DNA of 64,000 nucleotides from an uncultured Oscillospiraceae bacterium. Lineage in GTDB: Bacteria > Bacillota > Clostridia > Christensenellales > CAG-138. The notes beneath the pieces were generated by a model. That model was not told the origin of the DNA, ran no database searches, and saw only the letters and a program-made list of their open reading frames with translations. Within the stretch, counting starts at the first letter, position 1, and each line of letters begins with the position of its first letter. The stretch spans positions 20,496-84,495 of the forward strand of contig CAZBVC010000005.1 in the NCBI GenBank assembly GCA_964495255.1. Direction: 5' to 3'. Shown piece by piece: positions 18,044-25,857 of this stretch. The position numbers were made by a program, and so were the translations under genes.

Positions 18044-18942
18044 TTCGGCGGCGTGACGCAGAGAAACCGGACGCTTTGCCGCTCGTTGTGCCTACGACGC
18101 GCCGTGCGCTGTTTCGGCAGGCGCTCTCCGTGCGGTTCGGCTCAATGATTCCGATCAACCTCGTGTGCTTCCTGTTCTACCTGCCCGCGCTCGTTTGGAC
18201 GGAAATGTCGCTTCGCGCGATTCCGACGACGGATGGGGGAAACGCGGCGACCTTTGCATCCGAACAGTTGATCGGCTCGTATCTGTTCGGGCTTTTGATC
18301 TGTTTCACGATTGCGGGCCCGATGCAGGCAGGGCTGGCGCGGCTCATGCGAAACTGGGCGCGCGGCGAAAACTGCTATCCGTGGGATACGCTTTTTGGCG
18401 GCATGAAGCAGAATTTGGGACAGAGCCTGCTTGCGGGGGCGCTGTCGGGCGTCGTTCCGCTGCTTTCGTACAGCGTGTTTGCCTATTACGGGCAGATGAG
18501 CGAGACGGCATCGCTGCTGTATTTGATTCCGCTTGGTCTTTGCGGCGTTTTCAGCATCATACTTATCATGATGCTGAATCTGATTTGGACGCTCATGGTC
18601 ACCTATACGCTGCCGTTCGGGCGGCTGATCAAAAACGCGTTTTTGCTTACGATTCTCGAATTGCCGCGGAGTTTTTTGATGATGCTTTGCTCGCTGATCC
18701 CCGCTTTGATCGCGTTCGGGCTGTCGTTTCTGCTTCCGTCCCATACGGGGCTGATCGTCGTGCTGTGCGGCCTGTACTACGCCGTGATCGGGCTCGCGCT
18801 CGATCGCTTCCTCGCCGCGTCGTTTGCCAATCGCGCGTGCGAGAAGCATATGAACAGCCGCATCGAGGGGGCGCGCGTGGACATCGGGCTTGCGTCCGAG
18901 CGGGTCGCAAACCCGGCGGAGACGCAGGAAAAGGCGGGCTGA
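18040..18942 (+). CDS. Polytopic membrane protein, YesL/DUF624-like
   Basis: 300 aa with several TM segments. ATGA overlap with the LacI gene. This family commonly accompanies sugar-utilisation regulators and ABC systems. Confidence 0.6.
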   Translation: MIRRRDAEKPDALPLVVPTTRRALFRQALSVRFGSMIPINLVCFLFYLPALVWTEMSLRAIPTTDGGNAATFASEQLIGSYLFGLLICFTIAGPMQAGLARLMRNWARGENCYPWDTLFGGMKQNLGQSLLAGALSGVVPLLSYSVFAYYGQMSETASLLYLIPLGLCGVFSIILIMMLNLIWTLMVTYTLPFGRLIKNAFLLTILELPRSFLMMLCSLIPALIAFGLSFLLPSHTGLIVVLCGLYYAVIGLALDRFLAASFANRACEKHMNSRIEGARVDIGLASERVANPAETQEKAG

Positions 18943-19090
18943 CAAGGGCGGAAGCGCCGACGCTGCAAAAAGCGTGCTTCACACGGAAAAGACGGTTGTT
19001 TTTTGTATGGCGATCCGACGGAAACGGCGATATGATAGCAGCGTTAAGGTTTTGGTTCGTTATGAATCATGAAAACAGGAGGATATCATC

Positions 19091-20329
19091 ATGGCACAGA
19101 AAGTTATGAAGGGCGACGCTTCGGGTCGCGGCGCGGTCGAAGGCTACCGCGTTTCCATTCCCTCGCGTCAGCGTCCGTATACCGAGGCGGAGATCGCGGT
19201 CGTCGTAGACGCGATGCGTAATGTCGAAGGGCAGACGCAGGGCGACAAGCAGGAGCAGTTCCAAAAGGATTTTGTGGCGTTTACGGGCGCGAAGCACGCG
19301 TTCGCGGTTGCAAACGCAACGGATGCGCTGAGTCTTGCTGCGACGCTGTGCGGCGTCAAGCCGGGCGACGAGGTTATTATTCCCGCGTACACGTTCTGCG
19401 CGTCGGCGATTCCGTTCGGCAAGGCGGGCGCGAAGATCGTTTGGTCGGATATCGACCCCGAGACTTGGGTTGCCGACCCGAAGGACATCGAGCGCAAGAT
19501 CACAGAAAAGACCCGCGCCATCGTCGTTGTGCATCTGCTCGGCATGCCCTGCGATATGCCCGCCGTGATGGCCGTTGCAAAGAGGCATAACCTCAAGGTC
19601 GTCGAGGATTGCGCGCAGGCGCTCGACGCCCGCATCAACGGGCAGCACGTCGGCACGTTCGGCGACTACGGCTGTTTCAGCTTCCACGGCGCAAAGACCA
19701 TGACCACGCTGGGCGAGGGCGGCATGCTGACCGTTTCCTCGGATGCGGACGCGGCGCTCGTGCCCGGCATTCGCCATAACGGCTGCTGCGGGTTCCATTA
19801 TGAGCGCGCGCGCTACTGGGTGCCCGCGATGAGCAACGTGGATATGGATATCGAGGGCTTCTGGCCGAACAACTTCTGCATCGGCGAGGTTCAGTGCGCT
19901 TTGGGCAGCGAGGAACTGAAATCTCTTACCGCGTGCTCGGATCGGATCATCGCGCAGAACGACAGGCTTCGCGAGCTGCTTGCCGACGTGCCCGAGATCA
20001 CGTTCAACAAGATTCCCGTGGGCTATCGCCATGTGCGCCATCAGTATGTGCAGCATTTTGACGGCAGCGCGTTCGGCAAGGATCGCAACGATCTGCTCGA
20101 TCTGCTGACAAAGAAATACGGCATCCGCAGCATCGTGCAGTATTACCCGCTGTATCGCTATCCGCTGTTTCAAAAGCTCGGCTGCGGCGAACATGATTGC
20201 CCCGTGCTGGAAGGCTGGTGGGACAACACGTTCTCCGTACCGATGTGGTGCGGCATGGACGACGAAACGCTCGTTACCATCGCGGATTCCGTGAAAGCAG
20301 CCATTGCGGATTTGAAGGCGGCGAAATAA
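19091..20329 (+). CDS. DegT/DnrJ/EryC1/StrS family (sugar/cyclitol) aminotransferase
   Basis: 412 aa with an AGGAGG RBS. Motifs NATDAL and FSFHGAKTMTTLGEGG (PLP-lysine context). Confidence 0.85.
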   Translation: MAQKVMKGDASGRGAVEGYRVSIPSRQRPYTEAEIAVVVDAMRNVEGQTQGDKQEQFQKDFVAFTGAKHAFAVANATDALSLAATLCGVKPGDEVIIPAYTFCASAIPFGKAGAKIVWSDIDPETWVADPKDIERKITEKTRAIVVVHLLGMPCDMPAVMAVAKRHNLKVVEDCAQALDARINGQHVGTFGDYGCFSFHGAKTMTTLGEGGMLTVSSDADAALVPGIRHNGCCGFHYERARYWVPAMSNVDMDIEGFWPNNFCIGEVQCALGSEELKSLTACSDRIIAQNDRLRELLADVPEITFNKIPVGYRHVRHQYVQHFDGSAFGKDRNDLLDLLTKKYGIRSIVQYYPLYRYPLFQKLGCGEHDCPVLEGWWDNTFSVPMWCGMDDETLVTIADSVKAAIADLKAAK

Positions 20330-21237
20330 TGAACGGCGGCGCAAAGCAAATCAAGGGCGGGGTACTTGTCCCCGCCTTTTCGCCCTGCGCGGCGGACGAT
20401 ACGTTTCTTCCCGACGCGTTTGCTTCGTCGCTTGACGCGCTGTTGTCGGAGCAGCTCGACGGCGCGTATCTTTGCGGCGGCACGGGCGACGGCGCGAACA
20501 TGCGCGTAGACGAGCGCAAAGCCGCTATGCGCATCGGCGTGGAGCTGTGCAAAAAGCACGGGAAGATCTCGCTTTGTCAGGTTGGGGCGAACACCATGCG
20601 CGAGGCGCTGGAATTGGCGGAATATGCCGCAGCGTGCGGCGCGGACGGCATATCCAGCATACCGCTTGCAGGCTATTCGCATGCGGATCAGCTGAATTAC
20701 TACAAGGCGATTATCCGCGCATCCGGCCATATGCAGACGGTTTTATACTATATGCCGCAGCCGGGCGCGACCTTCACGCTTTCCGAGGTATTGGAGACGC
20801 TTTCCATCGACGGCGTAACGGGCGTGAAATGCTCGACGAACGACTTCTTCTTTACGCAGCAGCTCATGGAAGCCAAGCCGAAGAACGTTGTGCTGTTCAG
20901 CGGCAAGGACGAATACCTTGCGCCCGCCGTCGTACACGGCGCGGAGGGCGGCATCGGTATGTGGGCGACGGTGTTTCCGCGCGTATACGCCGCGATCTAT
21001 CATAAAGCGAAGGCGGGGGCGCTGGATGAGGCGTTCAACCTGCAACGCGACCTCAACGCGCTTTGCTGCGTGGTCATGCGCCGCGGCCTGCCGGAAAGCT
21101 ACGCCTGTATCCTGCATTATCTCGGCAAGCCTGATTGTGTGTTCCGCAGACCGCAGCCGCGTTTCGACAAGGCGTTTTACGACGCGTTTCTTCCCGAAGC
21201 GGCGCCGCTGATCGACAAACTGATTTTGGACGCCTGA
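20329..21237 (+). CDS. DapA/NanA family class I (Schiff-base) pyruvate lyase
   Basis: Track ORF 20197..21237 trimmed to ATG 20329 (TAATG overlap with the upstream gene), 302 aa. Motifs GGTGDG, LYYMP and GVKCS. Confidence 0.8.
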   Translation: MNGGAKQIKGGVLVPAFSPCAADDTFLPDAFASSLDALLSEQLDGAYLCGGTGDGANMRVDERKAAMRIGVELCKKHGKISLCQVGANTMREALELAEYAAACGADGISSIPLAGYSHADQLNYYKAIIRASGHMQTVLYYMPQPGATFTLSEVLETLSIDGVTGVKCSTNDFFFTQQLMEAKPKNVVLFSGKDEYLAPAVVHGAEGGIGMWATVFPRVYAAIYHKAKAGALDEAFNLQRDLNALCCVVMRRGLPESYACILHYLGKPDCVFRRPQPRFDKAFYDAFLPEAAPLIDKLILDA

Positions 21238-21256
21238 ACGGCAAAAGGAGAACGGC

Positions 21257-22174
21257 ATGAACAGAATTCCCAAAACGGAGATCGAACTGTTTCCGATTAC
21301 GCTCGGAACCATGACTTACGGCTCGCCCGTCGCGTTTGACGACGCGGTGCGGCTGACCGAATACGCCGTTTCGCGCGGCGTCAACCTCATCGACACGGCG
21401 AACATGTACGAGGGCTATAACCGTTATGCGGGCAGCGCGGGCGGCGTGGCGGAGGAGATCATCGGCAAGGCGCTTTCGTCCATCCCGCGCCAAAGCGTGA
21501 TGATCGCCACAAAGGTCGGCATGAAGGTCGGCACGGCGGCGGAGGATGAGGGAACCTCTCCCGCGGCGATCAAGAAGCAGCTCGACAAGAGCCTTTTGCG
21601 CCTGAAAACGGACTATATCGACTTGTATTATCTGCATCGTCCCGACGCGAGCGTTCCGTATGCGGAGATCGTTTCCGCGTTGGCGGACGCAATCAAGGCG
21701 GGCAAAATCCGCCATTACGGCGTGAGCAACCATTCCGCCGAGCAGCTTGCCGCGCTTTTGCAAGCGGCGGACGAGAACGGCTTGCCGCGTCCCGTGGTCT
21801 GCCAGCCGCCGCTGAGTTTCCTCAGACAGGACGCGCTTTCCGCGCTCCTTCCGCTTTGCGCAAAGGAGGAAATTGCGGTCATTCCGTATCAGATCTACCA
21901 AGGCGGCTTGCTGACGGGCAAGTATCAGCGCGGCATGGAGGCGCCCGCGGGTTCCCGAGCGGCGGAAAAGCCGGATTGGCTCGGCCTGCCGAATGCGGAG
22001 TTGTTCGACAAGCTGGAAGCGTTTGAGGCGACCGGGCGCGAGCGCGGGCTGACCATGGCGCAGTACGCCGTGCGTTGGGTGCTGGAACAACCCGCCGTGG
22101 TTTCCGCGATCGTGGGCGTGAAGACAAATGCACAGGTGGACGCCGCGATCGAGGCGGTGAACGCGGGCAACTGA
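21257..22174 (+). CDS. Aldo/keto reductase
   Basis: 305 aa. LIDTANMYEGY, DLYYLHRPD and HYGVSNHS are typical AKR motifs. Confidence 0.9.
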   Translation: MNRIPKTEIELFPITLGTMTYGSPVAFDDAVRLTEYAVSRGVNLIDTANMYEGYNRYAGSAGGVAEEIIGKALSSIPRQSVMIATKVGMKVGTAAEDEGTSPAAIKKQLDKSLLRLKTDYIDLYYLHRPDASVPYAEIVSALADAIKAGKIRHYGVSNHSAEQLAALLQAADENGLPRPVVCQPPLSFLRQDALSALLPLCAKEEIAVIPYQIYQGGLLTGKYQRGMEAPAGSRAAEKPDWLGLPNAELFDKLEAFEATGRERGLTMAQYAVRWVLEQPAVVSAIVGVKTNAQVDAAIEAVNAGN

Positions 22175-22406
22175 GTCTTTCTTCCCCCAAAATCAAGTTC
22201 CAACGCAAGCGGCGCTTTTTAAGGCATCGCTTTTTCGATGCGTTTCGGCAAGCAAACGTCAATCGTGCGCGGAAAACGGAGAACATTTCAAGGCGATTCG
22301 CAAAAAACGCCCTACGACTGCGCATATCACGCATGGACGCCCATACAAACCTGTGTTATATTCTACGTATGGAAAATGTGCAAAATAACATTATGGATCA
22401 AAACGC

Positions 22407-22973
22407 ATGAACGTATATGACTTTGACGGAACAATCTACAAAAGAGATTCGAGCGCGGACTTCCTCTTTTTTGCGCTGCGCCGCCGCCCCGCGCTGCTGC
22501 GCTATTGCGTTCGGCAGGCGTTCGGCGCGCTTCGGTACGCGACAAAACGGATCACGCTGACGCGGTTCAAGTCCGAGCTTTTCTGCTTTATGAACGGCGT
22601 TTCGGATGCGGAAGCTCTCGTTGCCGCGTTTTGGGACGCGAAGCAGGGCGGCGTTCACGCGTGGTATCTCGCGCAAAAGGATCCCGAGGACGTCGTGATT
22701 ACCGCGTCGCCCGATTTCCTCGTGCGCCCGATGTGCAGACGCCTCGGGTTGACGCATATCATTTGCAGCGAGGTCGATCCCCATACGGGGCGCTGGCTTA
22801 CCGAAAACAACAAAGGCACGGTTAAAACCTCTCGCTTCTTCGCGGCGTTTCCCGATGGAACGATCGACAAATTCTATTCGGATTCCCTTTCGGACGCGCC
22901 GCTTGCCGCGCTTGCAAACGAAGCCTATTTCGTGCGCGGGGAAACGCTCGCGCCATGGACAGAAGCGCGGTAA
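22407..22973 (+). CDS. HAD-superfamily (subfamily IB-like) phosphatase
   Basis: Motif I DFDGT at residues 5-9. 188 aa. Confidence 0.75.
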   Translation: MNVYDFDGTIYKRDSSADFLFFALRRRPALLRYCVRQAFGALRYATKRITLTRFKSELFCFMNGVSDAEALVAAFWDAKQGGVHAWYLAQKDPEDVVITASPDFLVRPMCRRLGLTHIICSEVDPHTGRWLTENNKGTVKTSRFFAAFPDGTIDKFYSDSLSDAPLAALANEAYFVRGETLAPWTEAR

Positions 22974-23077
22974 CAGGCAATTCGTTACACACAAAGAATT
23001 TCGACCGTAAGCCGAATTTTGTCATAACAGCGCTTGACGGTGATATACGCGGGGCGATGGGGGTATAATCGGCGGAA

Positions 23078-23323
23078 TCAACCGCCGCCGCACACGGGAA
23101 AGATCCCAAGCTCCGATGAATCGGGCAGGGGCAAATTGCGTTTGAGCGTTTCCACGCGCGCGCCGTTCAGCGTAATCATGCTCGCCTTCATGAGCTTATG
23201 CGCTTCCTTGCCGTATGCTTTCTGCACATAGTCCAGCGCCGCGCCGAGCGTGCTCAAATCGGCGGATTCCTCCGCACACTTGGTATAGGTTCGGATTTTT
23301 CCGTAATAGGTCAGCGTGATCAT
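23078..23323 (-). CDS. MoaD/ThiS-like beta-grasp sulfur-carrier protein
   Basis: Track ORF 23078..23734 trimmed to ATG 23323 (AGGAGG RBS). 81 aa ending in ...FPVCGGG. Sits directly downstream of the AOR gene. Confidence 0.7.
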   Translation of the reverse strand: MITLTYYGKIRTYTKCAEESADLSTLGAALDYVQKAYGKEAHKLMKASMITLNGARVETLKRNLPLPDSSELGIFPVCGGG

Positions 23324-23334
23324 GAGAAAGCCTC

Positions 23335-25221
23335 CTATTCGATGCCGAGCTGCTTCTTTTTGCGCGCCGTCGGCACGCCGTTTTTGTCCCAACCGCGCAC
23401 ACGGTAATACATCGGCAGCATTTTGTCGAGCGGCACCTTGGAATCGGGCTTGTCCGCTTCCTGCAACTCGTCCGTCAATCGCGCGGGCAGCGCGTCGTCC
23501 GCGCCGGTCAATCCCTCGCGCAGGGAAAAGAGCCGCTCGGTGTTGTAGCCGCGCTCGCCGATCTGCATGAGCTTGCCCGTCGTCATCTTCATGCCCGTGA
23601 CCATGCCAAGCACGGCGGACTGCGGCGCAAGATACATCGTGTTGAACGGTAAAAGCCCCGGCATGAGCCACCAAATGGGGCGCAGCACCGCGCGCACGCC
23701 GAGCAGCAGCTTGTTGACCAGCTTTGTGACCCAATGCGTGGACCCGAGCGAGAACAGGAACGCGGGAATGACCGCATAGCAGGTGAACAAACAGAAGCCG
23801 CAGGCGGAGATCGCCTCCATCAGGTTTTGGAACATGACGGTCAGCTCCGCCTTGCCCTTTGGCGTCTGGCGATCGACCTCGATGACGCCGACGGACTCGA
23901 ACAAAGCGAGATAGCCGCCGTTTAGGTGGCAGCCGCCGCGATTCGACGTTGCGTAGCCGAGCCCGAGCCCGACGGAATGCCGCGGCTCATACGAGGCGAG
24001 CTCGAGCCCCTTTGCGTTGATGGCGAATTCCTTGCCGCCGTATTTCTCCGCAAGCCATTTGCTCCCGTTTGCAAGCTCGTCTCCGACGCCCTCGCGATTG
24101 GCGATCATCCAAATGATATCCTTGATGTTGTCCGTTTTGCCAAAGCGCAGACCGAAGTCCGCCATGCCCTTTTCTTGCAGCTCCATGGCGAACGACACCG
24201 TGCCCGCAAGCGAGATCGTATCGATCCCCCAAAGGTCGGCATAGTAGTTCATACGGTTGATAAAGTCCAAATCGTTGTTGCCGATGTTGCTGCCGAACAG
24301 CCCGACGATCTCATATTCGGGCCCCTTGACCTCCTTGCCCTCGACCATGACGCGGCGCGCGCAGCGGATGGGGCAGCTCACGCAGCCGTAGTTGCGAACC
24401 AGATACTTGTCCGAAAGCGCTTCGCCCGATATATCGCGCGCGTGTTCATAGCGCCCGTAGGTGAAGTTATGCGTCGGCAGCGCGCCCGAGCCGTTTGCCG
24501 CGGAAACAAGCCCCGCCGTTCCGTAGGTCGGCATGGAATAGCCCGTCATGGGATGATTTTTCAAGAACGCGACCCATTTTTTGACGTATGCGTCAAACTT
24601 CTCCTTTTCCGCGACGGAGGTCTTTTTTGTGCCGAAGGCGACGAGCGCTTTGAGGTTTTTGCTTCCCATGACCGCACCCGCGCCGCAGCGTCCCGCCACG
24701 CGGTCGCCCGAAACGGCGCACGCATAGCGAACCATGTGCTCGCCCGCCTGCGCGATGACGAGCTTGCCCCAGGGCTTCGGAAATTGCGCTTGGATCTCCT
24801 CGGCGTCCATGCCCATATAGGCGGAGGCGTCCTTGATGGTCACATCGCCGTCCAGTATTTCGATATAGCAAGGCGTTTCGCTTCTGCCAGTGATGATTAC
24901 GCCGTCGTATCCCGCCGCTTTGAGCATCACGCCGAACTGTCCGCCGCAGTTGCTCGAAGCGACGCCGCCCGTCATGACGTTTTTGAACGACAGGTTGAAG
25001 CGGCTGGACGACGGCGCGCCCGTTCCGTTGACGGACCCCGTGTTGATGATGAGCACGGCGTCGGGCGAGAGCGGGTCGGTACCCTGCGGCAAAAGGTCGG
25101 TGAGCAGCTTGCCGCCCAGTATTTTTCCGCCGATATATTGGGTGAACAGCGCTTCGCTGATCGGATAATCGCTTGTTTCGCCCGTCGTCAGGTTGATGCG
25201 CTTATAGGTCGGCAGAATCAT
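23335..25221 (-). CDS. aor: Aldehyde:ferredoxin oxidoreductase family (tungsto/molybdopterin) enzyme
   Basis: Track ORF 23335..25608 trimmed to ATG 25221 (628 aa). The N-terminus MILPTYKRINLTTGE... and the overall AOR layout were recognised by eye. Confidence 0.85.
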   Translation of the reverse strand: MILPTYKRINLTTGETSDYPISEALFTQYIGGKILGGKLLTDLLPQGTDPLSPDAVLIINTGSVNGTGAPSSSRFNLSFKNVMTGGVASSNCGGQFGVMLKAAGYDGVIITGRSETPCYIEILDGDVTIKDASAYMGMDAEEIQAQFPKPWGKLVIAQAGEHMVRYACAVSGDRVAGRCGAGAVMGSKNLKALVAFGTKKTSVAEKEKFDAYVKKWVAFLKNHPMTGYSMPTYGTAGLVSAANGSGALPTHNFTYGRYEHARDISGEALSDKYLVRNYGCVSCPIRCARRVMVEGKEVKGPEYEIVGLFGSNIGNNDLDFINRMNYYADLWGIDTISLAGTVSFAMELQEKGMADFGLRFGKTDNIKDIIWMIANREGVGDELANGSKWLAEKYGGKEFAINAKGLELASYEPRHSVGLGLGYATSNRGGCHLNGGYLALFESVGVIEVDRQTPKGKAELTVMFQNLMEAISACGFCLFTCYAVIPAFLFSLGSTHWVTKLVNKLLLGVRAVLRPIWWLMPGLLPFNTMYLAPQSAVLGMVTGMKMTTGKLMQIGERGYNTERLFSLREGLTGADDALPARLTDELQEADKPDSKVPLDKMLPMYYRVRGWDKNGVPTARKKKQLGIE

Positions 25222-25649
25222 ACGGTTTCCCCCCGATCCGATTGCATTGCGATGGCATGCAGCGGGCAGACGCGTTCGCACAGCGCGCAGCCAACGCAGC
25301 TTTTTGCGTCGAACAGCTCCGCGAACACATGGATGTCGCCCCGATAGGTTGGCAGCGAAATCCGAAGCGCGTCCTTTCCGCAGGTTTCGACGCACATGCC
25401 GCATGCGCTGCACAGCGTTTGATCGACGGAGGGCTTTTTCCACGCGGCTTTCGGCAGCTTGACGCAGACGGCGCCATGCTCGTCCAGAATCGCGCCCTTG
25501 TTGCAGAAGTTGCCGCACACGCCGCAATCCACGCAGCGCTTGGCGTTGACGGCGTGTTGCTGCTTTACCGCCCCCGTGATCGCCCCGACGGGACAGTTGC
25601 GCGCGCAAAGCGTGCAGCCGATGCAGCTTTCCGTGATGGTATGCGCCAT
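25218..25649 (-). CDS. Polyferredoxin with four Cys-cluster motifs
   Basis: Track ORF trimmed to ATG 25649 (143 aa). Motifs CIGCTLCARNCP, CVDCGVCGNFC, CSACGMCVETC, CVGCALCERVCP. ATGA overlap with the AOR start. Confidence 0.85.
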   Translation of the reverse strand: MAHTITESCIGCTLCARNCPVGAITGAVKQQHAVNAKRCVDCGVCGNFCNKGAILDEHGAVCVKLPKAAWKKPSVDQTLCSACGMCVETCGKDALRISLPTYRGDIHVFAELFDAKSCVGCALCERVCPLHAIAMQSDRGETV

Positions 25650-25706
25650 AAAAACGACGTCCTTTCCTTCGAACTTGTGCGTTTTGATTGGATTTGTCTT
25701 TACACC

Positions 25707-25734
25707 ATTATATATGTAAAAATCATTTCTGCAA
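25707..25734 (-). promoter_or_regulatory. Putative promoter of the ferredoxin-AOR-MoaD operon
   Basis: Minus strand: TTGCAG (25734-25729), 16-nt spacer, TATAAT (25712-25707). Confidence 0.5.
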
Positions 25735-25817
25735 ACCATATCCGAAAAAACGTTTCTGTTCATGAGAAAACGCGCACGCTTATGTGACGTCGCGTTCTTC
25801 CCCTTTTTTTTGAAGTA

Positions 25818-25826
25818 TGCTATGAT
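25818..25826 (+). promoter_or_regulatory. Extended -10 element (TGcTATGAT) upstream of fbp
   Basis: TG at 25818-25819 and TATGAT at 25821-25826, preceded by a T-rich tract. It overlaps the ATG at 25822, which argues against that start codon. Confidence 0.4.
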
Positions 25827-25857
25827 ACAGAAAACCGTTCTTCGGAGGTATGGCATC

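Noticed and set aside
22175-22406. Intergenic region after the AKR gene examined for a riboswitch or small ORF (60-aa ORF 22238..22420)
   Set aside because: It holds only a weak hairpin (GCATCG-cttttt-CGATGC, 22224-22241) and AT-rich promoter-like sequence for the HAD gene. The small ORF has no RBS and an implausible composition.
23335-25608. N-terminal extensions of track ORFs (AOR 757 aa, HpcH 434 aa at 14840..16144, membrane protein 476 aa at 27866..29296, GtrA 381 aa at 47908..49053, MoaD 218 aa at 23078..23734)
   Set aside because: The extra N-terminal parts are Arg-rich read-through into upstream genes. Internal ATG codons with good RBS sequences give proteins of the normal family length, so the starts were moved.
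25762-25857. Upstream ATG starts (25762, 25822) for fbp
   Set aside because: ATG 25822 sits inside the predicted extended -10 element. GTG 25858 has a GGAGG RBS and yields the usual family N-terminus. This remains somewhat uncertain.
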